Source: an uncultured bacterium
Lineage (GTDB): Bacteria; Oederibacteriota; JAJYGY01; DAIDJD01
Assembly (NCBI GenBank): GCA_964521965.1
Contig: CAZFUM010000001.1
Location: forward strand, 1 to 55,614
DNA: 55,614 nucleotides
Direction of reading: 5' to 3'
Part shown: one piece after another, positions 46,900 to 55,614 of the stretch
Position numbering within the stretch: position 1 is the first letter of the stretch
Layout: the number at the start of each line of letters is the position of its first letter
Translations under genes and position numbers: made by a program
Notes under the pieces: model-generated
What the model saw: only the letters and a program-made list of their open reading frames with translations
Databases searched by the model: none
Told to the model about the DNA's origin: nothing

Positions 46900-48459
46900 A
46901 TGCCCAAAATAACCGTCAACGGCAAAGAGATCGAAGCAGCTACGGGTAGCAACCTCATTGAGGCTGCCCGCCAAGCTGGTGCCGAGATCCCGCATTTTTG
47001 TTACCACCCCGGTCTCTCAATCGCCGGCAATTGCCGCATGTGCCTGATCGAGATCGAAAAAGCCCCTAAACTACAAATCGCCTGCAATACCACGGTCAGT
47101 GAAGGCATGGTGGTGCTTACCGACAGCGACAAAGTCAAAAAAGCTCGCCAAGGTGTGATGGAGTTTTTACTGCTCAACCACCCCATTGACTGCCCCATTT
47201 GCGACTGTGCCGGCGAATGCTACCTGCAAGATTACTACATGGATCACGACCTTAAGTCTTCACGCTTTCAGCTAGGCAAAAACAAGAAAGAAAAGGCTCG
47301 GGAAATTGGCCCCCACGTGATGCTCGACCAAGAACGCTGCATCATCTGCTCACGCTGCGTACGCTTCACCGACGAAATTAGCAAAACGCACGAATTGGGC
47401 ATTTTTGGGCGCGGCAGTACCGAGGTGCTAGACCTAGCCCCTGGCCAACGCCTTGAAAATGCATATTCGGGCTGCGTCGTTGATCTTTGCCCAGTAGGCG
47501 CCTTGACCGACAAAGATTTTCGCTTCAAATCGCGGCCTTGGTTCTTGCAAGAAACTGAGACTGTCTGCGGCGGTTGCGCCATGGGCTGCAATATCGTGCT
47601 TAACACCAACCCTAATCCCTACAACAAAGTTGGCCAAGAACGCGCCTACCGCATCTACCCTCGCGAGAATACTGACGTAAACGCGTGGTGGATTTGCGAC
47701 GAAGGCCGTTACTCATACAAAGCAATTGACCATGGCCGCGCCGAGCATGTGCGCGTAGCAGGACGCAATACTTTACCCGAGTCCGCCCTCGACACCCTCG
47801 CAGCCGCGCTCAAGACCGTGGCCCCCGGTAAAGCCGGCTTTTTGCTTTCGCCCCAAATGAGCAACGAAGAATTATGGGCCTGGAAATGGCTTGCGAACGA
47901 GATGGGCATTCAAGCGCTGGAATTTGGCGATAACATCAAGGCTACGGGCAGTTCAGACGCATATCTTATTAAGGCCGACAAAAACCCAAATACACAGGGC
48001 GCCAAAGATTTAGGCCTCGCCTCGAGTTCAAACCTTTTGATTCAGGCAGCTGCCGGAGCCCTTGATTTACTTATCGTGGCTGAGCATCAGCACTCGAATA
48101 TCGCCAAACTCGCTGGCAAAGTCGCCACTCTGGTAGGCCTTTACAGCCAACAATCGGGCGGCGCTGACAGCATGGGTATTTTACTGCCCCGCGCCCACTA
48201 CGCTGAGCAAGACGGTAGCTTCACCAATGTTCAAGGTCGGGTGCAGCGATTCCGCAAAGCCCTCGAGCCACTCGGTGAATCGCGACCAGCATGGGAATGG
48301 GCCCTGGCCCTGGGACGCCGTTTGAGCTTGAACGCACCCGCCAGCGATGCAGCTGGCTTCTTTAGCCACCTTAGCAGCGAAGTGGCGGCCTATAAGGGAA
48401 TGACTTGGGACCAATTGGGACGCCGCGGCGCGCTAAGCGCAGCTGGCGCCGGAGTCTAA
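46900..48459 (+). CDS. nuoG: NADH-quinone oxidoreductase subunit G, unusually short (519 aa)
   Basis: 2Fe-2S CYHPGLSIAGNCRMC. HPIDCPICDCAGEC. CIICSRCVRF...CPVGALT. CGGCAMGC. Only about 290 aa of molybdopterin-oxidoreductase-like region follow. Confidence 0.9.
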   Translation: MPKITVNGKEIEAATGSNLIEAARQAGAEIPHFCYHPGLSIAGNCRMCLIEIEKAPKLQIACNTTVSEGMVVLTDSDKVKKARQGVMEFLLLNHPIDCPICDCAGECYLQDYYMDHDLKSSRFQLGKNKKEKAREIGPHVMLDQERCIICSRCVRFTDEISKTHELGIFGRGSTEVLDLAPGQRLENAYSGCVVDLCPVGALTDKDFRFKSRPWFLQETETVCGGCAMGCNIVLNTNPNPYNKVGQERAYRIYPRENTDVNAWWICDEGRYSYKAIDHGRAEHVRVAGRNTLPESALDTLAAALKTVAPGKAGFLLSPQMSNEELWAWKWLANEMGIQALEFGDNIKATGSSDAYLIKADKNPNTQGAKDLGLASSSNLLIQAAAGALDLLIVAEHQHSNIAKLAGKVATLVGLYSQQSGGADSMGILLPRAHYAEQDGSFTNVQGRVQRFRKALEPLGESRPAWEWALALGRRLSLNAPASDAAGFFSHLSSEVAAYKGMTWDQLGRRGALSAAGAGV

Positions 48460-48460
48460 A

Positions 48461-49606
48461 ATGCCGACGTTAACCCTTAGCCCTGAACTTATTTTCTGGG
48501 TAGCTACCCTTGGCAAAGTTATTTTTATCATGACGGTGGTGATGCTATCGGGTCTCGTTCTATCTTGGGTAGAACGCAAGCAGAGCGCCATTATGCAAGA
48601 TCGCATTGGCGCCAACCGCGCCGCCCTGCACATCCCAGGCACAAATCTTAAATTTCGTTTTATGGGGCTGATTCACAACCTGGCCGATGCGCTCAAGGGC
48701 ATCACCAAAGAAGACTTCATCCCGCCAGGATCTAGCAAGTTCCTTCATACCCTGGCGCCGTGGCTGGCCTGCAGCACCGCCGTACTAGCATTTGCCGTAC
48801 TGCCTTTTGGTGGCGAATGGACCGTACCCGGCACCCAAAGCGTCGTTCACTTCACCATTGCACCCATGTCGGTAGCAACGCTTTTTGTTTTTGCCATGCT
48901 TTCAATTGGTGTCTATGGCGTCGTCTTGGCTGGCTATGTCAGTAATAACAAGTGGGGCATACTCGGTGCCCTGCGCGCGTCGGCCCAGGTTATCTCTTAC
49001 GAAGTCGCGGCAGGCCTCACCCTGATGGGGTGCCTACTCATTTACGGAACCTTAGATTTTCGCGAAATGGTGACTTGGCAACAAACTCATCTTTTTTCAT
49101 TTGGCTTAGCTAAGTGGGGCATCTTCACCCAACCTTTAGCATTTGTACTCTTTTTGACGGCAGCCATTGTTGAGATGAAACGCGTACCTTTTGACTTGCC
49201 CGAAGCCGAGTCAGAAATTATTGGCTACTTTCTAGAATACTCAGGCATGAAGTTCATGCTCTTTATGATGGCTGAGTTCATCGAGACCCTACTCTTTGCC
49301 TGGATTATCGTTTTGGTTTTTTTGGGTGGCTGGGACGTGCCCTTTATGAAACTGCTAGAAGGCGGGGCATCGGGTATCTATTTAGGTGAACGCCTGATTC
49401 GAGAATTGCCTTATTACGGCGTGGTCGTCCTGCAGGCCCTAGCTTTTATAACTAAGATAGTCTTCCTATGTTGGCTCATGATGCTCATACGCTGGTCTCT
49501 GCCACGTTTCCGCTATGACCAGATCATGCACTTGGGATGGAAGATCATGCTCCCGCTGGCGCTCATCAACGTGGCCGTTACAGCCCTGTGGCTAGCCTAC
49601 TTCTGA
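48461..49606 (+). CDS. nuoH: NADH-quinone oxidoreductase subunit H
   Basis: ERKQSAIMQDRIGANR, VPFDLPEAESEIIGYFLEYSGMKF, and a polytopic profile. Confidence 0.95.
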   Translation: MPTLTLSPELIFWVATLGKVIFIMTVVMLSGLVLSWVERKQSAIMQDRIGANRAALHIPGTNLKFRFMGLIHNLADALKGITKEDFIPPGSSKFLHTLAPWLACSTAVLAFAVLPFGGEWTVPGTQSVVHFTIAPMSVATLFVFAMLSIGVYGVVLAGYVSNNKWGILGALRASAQVISYEVAAGLTLMGCLLIYGTLDFREMVTWQQTHLFSFGLAKWGIFTQPLAFVLFLTAAIVEMKRVPFDLPEAESEIIGYFLEYSGMKFMLFMMAEFIETLLFAWIIVLVFLGGWDVPFMKLLEGGASGIYLGERLIRELPYYGVVVLQALAFITKIVFLCWLMMLIRWSLPRFRYDQIMHLGWKIMLPLALINVAVTALWLAYF

Positions 49607-49607
49607 T

Positions 49608-50168
49608 TTGGAGCGCGACCCCGTGGCCCCCAAACTAAGCCTCATCGAGAGGATGTACTTGCCAGAAATCGCCAAGGGCCTTGCCCTTACAGCGCGGCAT
49701 TTCTTTCGTAACATGATTCTGCATAGCTTGCATAAGGTGGGCATGGCCAAAGACACAGAGGCCATGGTCACCATTGAATATCCCGAAGTGCGACGCGCTT
49801 ACCCTTTTGTAGCCCGTTCGCGCCACCGCCTAACGCAGCGTGAAGACGGCACCCCACGCTGCGTGGCCTGCATGATGTGCGCGACGGCTTGCCCAGCTGA
49901 CTGCATCTACATCGAAGCCGAAGAGCATCCGGACCCGAGCATTGAAAAGCGCCCCCGCCATTTCGACATCGATATGTCCAAATGCGTTTATTGCGGCTTC
50001 TGCGTGGAAGCCTGCCCCGAAGATGCCATTCGCATGGACACAGGCCAATTTGAATTGGCCTTCTTTGACCGCAAAGGCCTCATCTACGACATGCCCACCT
50101 TACTCAGTGATGACCCTTACGCAGCCAAAAAAGCTGCCCTTAAAAAAGCTGCAGGAGACCGCGCGTGA
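49608..50168 (+). CDS. nuoI: NADH-quinone oxidoreductase subunit I (2x 4Fe-4S ferredoxin)
   Basis: CVACMMCATACP and CVYCGFCVEACP. TTG start at 49608; ATG 49653 is an alternative. Confidence 0.92.
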   Translation: MERDPVAPKLSLIERMYLPEIAKGLALTARHFFRNMILHSLHKVGMAKDTEAMVTIEYPEVRRAYPFVARSRHRLTQREDGTPRCVACMMCATACPADCIYIEAEEHPDPSIEKRPRHFDIDMSKCVYCGFCVEACPEDAIRMDTGQFELAFFDRKGLIYDMPTLLSDDPYAAKKAALKKAAGDRA

Positions 50169-50530
50169 ACGAGAACCTCATCGCCCTGCTGATCTTTTTC
50201 ATCGTTGTTGCTGCCAATTTTGGTGGCATGTTAGCTGCATCCACTTTCCTCGGCCCTCGCCGCCGCAATCCAGTCAAAGATGAACCCTTTGAATGTGGCA
50301 GTATACCCGTCGGCCCTACCAACGGCCGTTTTCACGTACGGTTTTACATGGTTGCGATGCTCTTCTTAATCTTTGATATCGAAGTGGTCTTTCTCTATCC
50401 TTTTGTGCTGATCTTCAAAGAATCGCTAGCACAAGGCACCCTCGCGTTGGGTGCGGTAGGCCTCTTTTTAGTGGTACTGACTTTAGGCCTGATATATGAA
50501 TGGCGCCGTGGGGGCATGGAATGGGACTGA
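50165..50530 (+). CDS. nuoA: NADH-quinone oxidoreductase subunit A (ND3 homologue), in a non-canonical position
   Basis: GTG start overlaps the nuoI stop (GTGA). PFECGSIPVG...FYMVAMLFLIFDIEVVFLYPF...IYEWRRGGMEWD matches the NuoA/ND3 pattern. Three TM helices. Confidence 0.9.
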   Translation: MNENLIALLIFFIVVAANFGGMLAASTFLGPRRRNPVKDEPFECGSIPVGPTNGRFHVRFYMVAMLFLIFDIEVVFLYPFVLIFKESLAQGTLALGAVGLFLVVLTLGLIYEWRRGGMEWD

Positions 50531-51045
50531 GCCATATTATCTACGCGGGTTTTGCCGCCTTTGCCCTAGCCAGCGCCCTAGCCGTGGTTTTTACCAAAAA
50601 CACAGTGCACTCAGCGCTTTATTTCGTGACCCATCTGCTCTGCGTCTCGGTGCTTTATGCCTTGCTACAGGCTCCCCTCATCGCTGTACTGCAGGTGGCC
50701 ATCTATGCCGGCGCTGTGATGGTTTTATTTATATTTGCCATCATGATTCTCGATGCTTCGATTCTTGAAAAAATGTCACCTTCTTTAGAACGTGGGCAAA
50801 TAGCCGCAGCCATATCTCTAGCATTAGCGCTCTTGCTTGGTTTCATGAGCCTCACAGGCCGCTTTCACCTCGAAAGCCTACTGGCGCCAGTCTCAGGCAC
50901 TCTTGCCGAGGGCAACGAGAGTATTGCAGCCATCGCCCGTTTGCTTTACGGCAAATACCTCGCGGCTTTCGAGCTGGTCGGCATACTGCTCTTTGTCGCC
51001 GTCGTGGGCATCATGGTCATGGCAAAGCGGAGGCTCGATTCATGA
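50521..51045 (+). CDS. nuoJ: NADH-quinone oxidoreductase subunit J
   Basis: ATG 50521 overlaps the nuoA end by 10 nt. VFTKNTVHSALYFV...IAVLQVAIYAGAVMVLFIFAIM is typical of NuoJ/ND6. Confidence 0.9.
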   Translation: MGLSHIIYAGFAAFALASALAVVFTKNTVHSALYFVTHLLCVSVLYALLQAPLIAVLQVAIYAGAVMVLFIFAIMILDASILEKMSPSLERGQIAAAISLALALLLGFMSLTGRFHLESLLAPVSGTLAEGNESIAAIARLLYGKYLAAFELVGILLFVAVVGIMVMAKRRLDS

Positions 51046-51359
51046 ACTTATTCGACCCTATGCACGCCAATTTTACACTCGGCCTAGCTAGCATGATTTT
51101 TTGCATAGGAGCCATGGGTGTACTGATTCGCCGCGATCCGCTGGTCATGTTCATCTGCATAGAAATGATGTTCAACGCAGCTAATCTCGCGTTAGTGGCT
51201 TTTGCCCGCCATCTCGGCCTGGCCCAGGGTCAGGCTTTAGTCTTCTTGGTGATTGCTGTGGCTGCCGCTGAAGTGGCCGTGGGTCTGGCTATCATCATCG
51301 CCATCTTCCGCACCGAAAAAGACATCGATGTGGACCAAATTTCGACCCTCAAAGGCTGA
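51042..51359 (+). CDS. nuoK: NADH-quinone oxidoreductase subunit K
   Basis: ATGA overlap with nuoJ. IEMMFNAANLALVAF...AAAEVAVGLAIII is typical of NuoK/ND4L. Confidence 0.92.
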   Translation: MNLFDPMHANFTLGLASMIFCIGAMGVLIRRDPLVMFICIEMMFNAANLALVAFARHLGLAQGQALVFLVIAVAAAEVAVGLAIIIAIFRTEKDIDVDQISTLKG

Positions 51360-51376
51360 GTCCAAGGGAGTTTGAA

Positions 51377-53326
51377 TTGAAATCGCTTTTAATCGTACTC
51401 TTTGCCCCACTACTTGGGGCTATAGCCAACCGTCTCAGTGCTGGCCGCCTGCCCAAAAACGCTGTGGCAGCCATAGCCTGCGGTAGCCTTGCCATTTCGC
51501 TATCAGCCGCCATTTTATCTTTTCTGAATCTTAGCCACTTAGCGGTGAATGCCCGCAGTGTCATCGAGCCTGTTTTTGTTTGGGCCGCAGTCGGCACTGA
51601 GAGCCTGAGTTTCAACCTTTTGATTGATCCGCTTTCTGCCATCATGCTTTTGGTTGTTACCGGTGTTGGTTTCTTGATTCATGTTTATTCAACTTCATAC
51701 ATGCATGAAGAGAGCAAATACGAATACGCTCGCTACTTTGCATATCTGAATTTCTTTGTCTTCTCGATGCTGACTCTGGTCTTAGCTGCCAATTTTATGG
51801 TTCTATTCATCGGCTGGGAGCTAGTCGGCGTGTCGTCCTACTTACTCATCGGCTATTACCGCTCTAAAACGAGCGCTGCCGATGCCGGAAAAAAAGCTTT
51901 TATCGTTAATCGCGTAGGTGATTTGGGCTTCTTGCTAGCTATCTTTATCATCTTGAATGTTTTTAACAGCGTTGAATTTGCCCAAGTACTGCCTCGCGCA
52001 AAAGCCATGCTAGGCGAGGGTAGCGAGGTTGCCACGCTTGTAGCGCTCTTGCTCTTCATGGGCGCGATGGGCAAGTCAGCTCAAGTGCCCTTGCATGTCT
52101 GGCTACCCGATGCGATGGAAGGCCCCACGCCTGTCTCAGCATTGATCCATGCTGCCACCATGGTGACAGCTGGTGTCTTCATGGTGGCGCGTTGTCATGC
52201 CATCTTCGAGCTGTCACCCACGGCATTGCACATCATCTCGGGCTTAGGTGTCTTCACCGCAGTCTTTGCCGCGTCGATCGCACTTGTCCAAAACGACATC
52301 AAACGAATCATGGCTTATTCGACCCTGTCACAACTTGGCTATATGATGTTAGGCGTGGGTGTGGGCGCATACAGTGCTGGCTTCTTCCATCTTTTCACCC
52401 ACGCATTTTTTAAAGCTTTATTATTCCTCGGTTGCGGTTCAGTCATGCACGCCATGCACGGCGAACTCGACATGACACGCATGGGTGGCTTGCGCAAGAA
52501 ACTGCCCATCACTTATTGGACCTTCTTTATAGGCGCCATCTGCCTTATCGGCATACCGGGTACCTCGGGCTTTTTCTCAAAAGACGAAATTCTTTGGGAA
52601 GCACTCAATTCACCCCACGGTTCAGTTTGGCTTTGGGCTGCCGGCACTTTCGGATCTCTCCTCACGGCTTTTTATGTGGCCCGCCTTTTCTTCAAGACTT
52701 TTCATGGCGAGCCGCGTGACCACCATACCTTTGAACATGCCCACGAAAGCGCCGCTCCCATGACCATCCCACTCATCGTCTTGGCTGTGCTCTCGATCGC
52801 GGTCGGCTTTTTAGGCCTTCCACACTTCATCATCCACTTTGCACCTTTTCAAGACTGGCTAGCTCCGGTCTTTGCTGATGTGATCAGGGCAGGGAACCAC
52901 ACCATCAATAACACCGCGCCGATCACCGCTCATTCGGTTAGCCCCTGGGCTCTCATCGGTATTTATATTGCACTCGCAAGCTTGGGTATCATCACGGCTT
53001 GGAATCTCTTTGGCAGAGCTTCGCAGCTTCCGGGCCGCATCTACACCAGCTTTAGCAGGCCCTACAAAATTCTTTGGAATAAATATTATGTCGATGAACT
53101 CTATGACCTAATCTTTGTACGCGGATTCTTGGGCCTTTGCCGCATTCTCTACAACTATTTTGAGCGCATGGTGGTCGACGGCGCGGTCAATGCCACGGCC
53201 TGGATCAGTGCGGCTGCAGGTGCCGCTGTACGCGCTACGCTGCATGATGGCATGGTGAGGCGCTACGCTTCCGCTGTGCTTTTTGGCGCCATTGCCATCC
53301 TCTTCATTCTTCTCAACACCAAGTGA
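51377..53326 (+). CDS. nuoL: NADH-quinone oxidoreductase subunit L
   Basis: TTG start. FIGWELVGVSSYLLIGY, GKSAQVPLHVWLPDAMEGPTPVSALIHAATMV, and a long C-terminal amphipathic-arm region. Confidence 0.95.
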   Translation: MKSLLIVLFAPLLGAIANRLSAGRLPKNAVAAIACGSLAISLSAAILSFLNLSHLAVNARSVIEPVFVWAAVGTESLSFNLLIDPLSAIMLLVVTGVGFLIHVYSTSYMHEESKYEYARYFAYLNFFVFSMLTLVLAANFMVLFIGWELVGVSSYLLIGYYRSKTSAADAGKKAFIVNRVGDLGFLLAIFIILNVFNSVEFAQVLPRAKAMLGEGSEVATLVALLLFMGAMGKSAQVPLHVWLPDAMEGPTPVSALIHAATMVTAGVFMVARCHAIFELSPTALHIISGLGVFTAVFAASIALVQNDIKRIMAYSTLSQLGYMMLGVGVGAYSAGFFHLFTHAFFKALLFLGCGSVMHAMHGELDMTRMGGLRKKLPITYWTFFIGAICLIGIPGTSGFFSKDEILWEALNSPHGSVWLWAAGTFGSLLTAFYVARLFFKTFHGEPRDHHTFEHAHESAAPMTIPLIVLAVLSIAVGFLGLPHFIIHFAPFQDWLAPVFADVIRAGNHTINNTAPITAHSVSPWALIGIYIALASLGIITAWNLFGRASQLPGRIYTSFSRPYKILWNKYYVDELYDLIFVRGFLGLCRILYNYFERMVVDGAVNATAWISAAAGAAVRATLHDGMVRRYASAVLFGAIAILFILLNTK

Positions 53327-54840
53327 GCCCGGGCATGCCTACTGCGTTACTCAGCGTCATCGTCTTTAGCCCTCTGGCCCTCGGCCTTGTACTTATGCTG
53401 CTGCCCAAAACAAAACAAGGGCTGACTCGAAGCTACTCGCTCATCGCCACCGTAGCCCATTTTGCATTAGTTCTCAGTCTGGCACCCCGCTTTTTGGCAA
53501 CCGACACGCCCTTAATGCTCGAAGAGCAGCGCACTTGGTTCACGGCCTGGGGCTCGACTTATCACCTCAACATGGATGGCCTCAGCTATGCATTGGTCTT
53601 ACTCAATGCCTTACTGACGCCTTTTGCCATTCTCATTTCTTGGAAAGCGGTGCGCGAAAAGACGCGTGCTTTTCATTTTTTCATATTCGCCATGCAGACC
53701 GCGGCTCACGGTGTCTTCCTAGCAGCCGATGGCCTGCTCTTCTATTTCTTCTGGGAATTCTCTCTCATTCCCATGTATTTCTTAATTGGCATCTGGGGTG
53801 GAGAACGACGAATCTATGCAACGATCAAATTTGTACTCTACACCTTACTGGGTTCTTTGCTGATGTTGGTCGCCATGATCTGGCTGGCCCTGGCGGTGCG
53901 TGATCAAGCCGGCCAAATTAGCTTTGCACTGGCCGACTGGAAAACTTTAAGCATTTCAGTTGAAACCCAACGTTGGCTCTTTTTAGCATTCTTTGTGGCA
54001 TTTGCCATCAAAGTACCACTTTTCCCGCTCCACACATGGCTACCCGATGCTCACGTCGAGGCCCCTACGGCCGGTTCTGTATTGCTTGCCGGCGTTCTAC
54101 TCAAACTAGGTACCTACGGCATACTCCGCTTCTGCTTACCATTATTTCCAGAAGCCGCCCTACTCTACCAACGCCCCATTGTCTGGCTTGGCATGATTTC
54201 GCTTATCTATGGCGCAGCGATGGTACTCGTCCAGACAGACTTTAAGAAAATGGTGGCCTATTCTTCCGTGTCACACATGGGCGCCTGCGTTCTCGGTATT
54301 TTTAGCTTCACGCTATCGGGCAACCAAGGTGCAGCCCTCACGATGATCAATCACGGCATTTCGACAGGCGCGCTTTTCATGATCGTGGGCATTTTCTATG
54401 AGCGCACGCACACCCGCGACCTTGGCCAATACGGCGGCGCAGTGGCTAAAATGCCCGCTTTGGGACTGCTCTTCTTGCCGATAGCCATGTCATCCATGGG
54501 CGTGCCTGGCACGAATGGCTTCGTGAGTGAATTCTTAGTCCTACGGGGTCTCTTTAAATGGGATCCGATGATGGGGGCCTTGGCCACCACGGGCATTGTT
54601 TTAAGTGCAGCCTATATGCTGCGCTTGACGCAAAAAGTCATGTATGGGCCGATTGCGTCACACGCGATGGAAGAGCTCACCGATCTTGACCTACGCGAGA
54701 AACTTTCACTAGGTGCCTTAGTACTTATCATCTTTGCGCTGGGCATTTTCCCGCAGATCATTCTCGGCCTCACCGAAAACTCGGTGAACTCCATTCTTCT
54801 TTCTATGATCCGCCCGGTTGCCGGCGCGGGCGCGCCCTGA
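53323..54840 (+). CDS. nuoM: NADH-quinone oxidoreductase subunit M
   Basis: GTG start overlaps the nuoL stop; ATG 53335 is an alternative. FFWEFSLIPMYFLIGIWGG, PLHTWLPDAHVEAPTAGSVLLAGVLLK, and VAYSSVSHMG. Confidence 0.95.
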   Translation: MSPGMPTALLSVIVFSPLALGLVLMLLPKTKQGLTRSYSLIATVAHFALVLSLAPRFLATDTPLMLEEQRTWFTAWGSTYHLNMDGLSYALVLLNALLTPFAILISWKAVREKTRAFHFFIFAMQTAAHGVFLAADGLLFYFFWEFSLIPMYFLIGIWGGERRIYATIKFVLYTLLGSLLMLVAMIWLALAVRDQAGQISFALADWKTLSISVETQRWLFLAFFVAFAIKVPLFPLHTWLPDAHVEAPTAGSVLLAGVLLKLGTYGILRFCLPLFPEAALLYQRPIVWLGMISLIYGAAMVLVQTDFKKMVAYSSVSHMGACVLGIFSFTLSGNQGAALTMINHGISTGALFMIVGIFYERTHTRDLGQYGGAVAKMPALGLLFLPIAMSSMGVPGTNGFVSEFLVLRGLFKWDPMMGALATTGIVLSAAYMLRLTQKVMYGPIASHAMEELTDLDLREKLSLGALVLIIFALGIFPQIILGLTENSVNSILLSMIRPVAGAGAP

Positions 54841-54847
54841 GAATCTG

Positions 54848-55614
54848 ATGAACAGTGTTTTTGTCGCGGCCAATCTAAGTGCTCACTATCCTGAATTACT
54901 GCTTTTCCTAGCCGCCTTTGCTGTGCTTGGCGTTGATATGGTCGCCCGGGGCAAGCGCACCCTGACATTAAGTCTCAGTGCTTTGGCCTTTGGCTTCTCA
55001 CTATGGCTAGCAATTCACCCTTCGACTGGCGACACGGCTTTTCCAGGCATGCTTGCCCACGATGCTCTTGCCCGCGGTAGCAAACCGCTTTTAGCACTTT
55101 GCGGCTTACTTGCCATTGCCCTGGCTGCTCCTAGTGCCAAAGCATTGCGCCTAGCCTACGCTGAATTTGAAGCCCTTATGCTTTTTGCCGTGGCCGGCAT
55201 GATGATCTTTGCCCAGGCCACCGATTTGGCCATGGCCTTTGTGGCGCTCGAAACCTTTTCTTTAGCTATGTATGTCATGGCGGGTTTTGACCGCCGTCGC
55301 GCTTCAAGTCGTGAGGCCGCTCTAAAATATTTCTTAATCGGGGCTTTTGCGGCAGCTTTCTTCTTGTTCGGTATGGCCCTCTTGTTTGGCGCAACGGGTT
55401 CAGTTTCAATTCCTGAAATTGGGCAGGTCTTTTCAACTTTGCAGTCCGATGATCCGCGCAGGCTATTTATGCTTTGTGGCATTGGCCTGGTGCTAGTAGC
55501 TTTGGCATTCAAGGTCGGTCTGGCACCTTTCCACCTTTGGGCGCCCGATACCTACGAAGGTGCTCCCAGCCCTGTCACCGCCTTCTTAGGCGCGGGTGCA
55601 AAGATCGCGGGTTT
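54848..55614 (+). CDS. nuoN: NADH-quinone oxidoreductase subunit N, 5' part (runs off the window end)
   Basis: ATG 54848 is 7 nt after the nuoM stop, and the frame stays open to base 55614. Translation MNSVFVAANLSAHYPELLLFLAAFAVLGVDM... ends in ...KVGLAPFHLWAPDTYEGAPSPVTAFL, the antiporter-like subunit motif. Confidence 0.9.
   Translation, partial: MNSVFVAANLSAHYPELLLFLAAFAVLGVDMVARGKRTLTLSLSALAFGFSLWLAIHPSTGDTAFPGMLAHDALARGSKPLLALCGLLAIALAAPSAKALRLAYAEFEALMLFAVAGMMIFAQATDLAMAFVALETFSLAMYVMAGFDRRRASSREAALKYFLIGAFAAAFFLFGMALLFGATGSVSIPEIGQVFSTLQSDDPRRLFMLCGIGLVLVALAFKVGLAPFHLWAPDTYEGAPSPVTAFLGAGAKIAG

Overview
This is a gene-dense 55.6 kb chromosomal segment from a diderm, respiring bacterium. 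I count about 55 protein genes and 2 tRNAs. I saw no rRNA, CRISPR array, IS element, integrase or prophage signature. The lysC-cimA adjacency and LDH-type mdh-sucCD are reminiscent of deltaproteobacteria-like lineages, but taxonomy cannot be settled from this window.

Gene order, left to right:
(1) Two tandem CBM-like secreted proteins, then two CUT1-type ABC sugar permeases (1-2905).
(2) A terminator-bounded aspartate-family operon: hom-thrC-TPR-(ApgM-like putative homoserine kinase)-lysC-(42-codon ORF)-cimA-murI-(unknown) (2984-12167).
(3) dnaA alone on the minus strand, with no dnaN and no visible oriC (12241-13629).
(4) Divergent from dnaA, an Smr gene followed by an envelope-acylation cluster: NHL+SGNH protein, second SGNH protein, an unannotated 36-codon DltX-like peptide, an MBOAT acyltransferase and a small secreted protein. 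tRNA-Cys follows (13741-19132).
(5) mdh-sucC-sucD, convergent with citrate synthase (19188-23452).
(6) On the minus strand, tRNA-Leu(CAA), a PilZ gene and a DUF2723/TPR GT-C-type glycosyltransferase (23552-26057).
(7) A five-gene co-directional cluster: TPR/charged-helix giant protein, ExeA-like ATPase, SppA, a polytopic-membrane/PD40 protein, and an HExxH-PD40-Omp85 fusion (26194-35870).
(8) yceD-rpmF-plsX-fabH-fabD-fabG-acpP-fabF-rnc, running straight into a complex I operon with the order nuoB-C-D-E-F-G-H-I-A-J-K-L-M-N. nuoA is displaced to between nuoI and nuoJ, and nuoN is cut by the window end.

The best candidates for undescribed biology are:
- the SGNH / DltX-like micro-ORF / MBOAT module, which has no dltA/dltC or polysaccharide synthase nearby;
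- the TPR-ATPase-SppA-propeller-Omp85 putative trans-envelope cluster.

All family assignments come from motif recognition by eye in the supplied translations. No database search was run.
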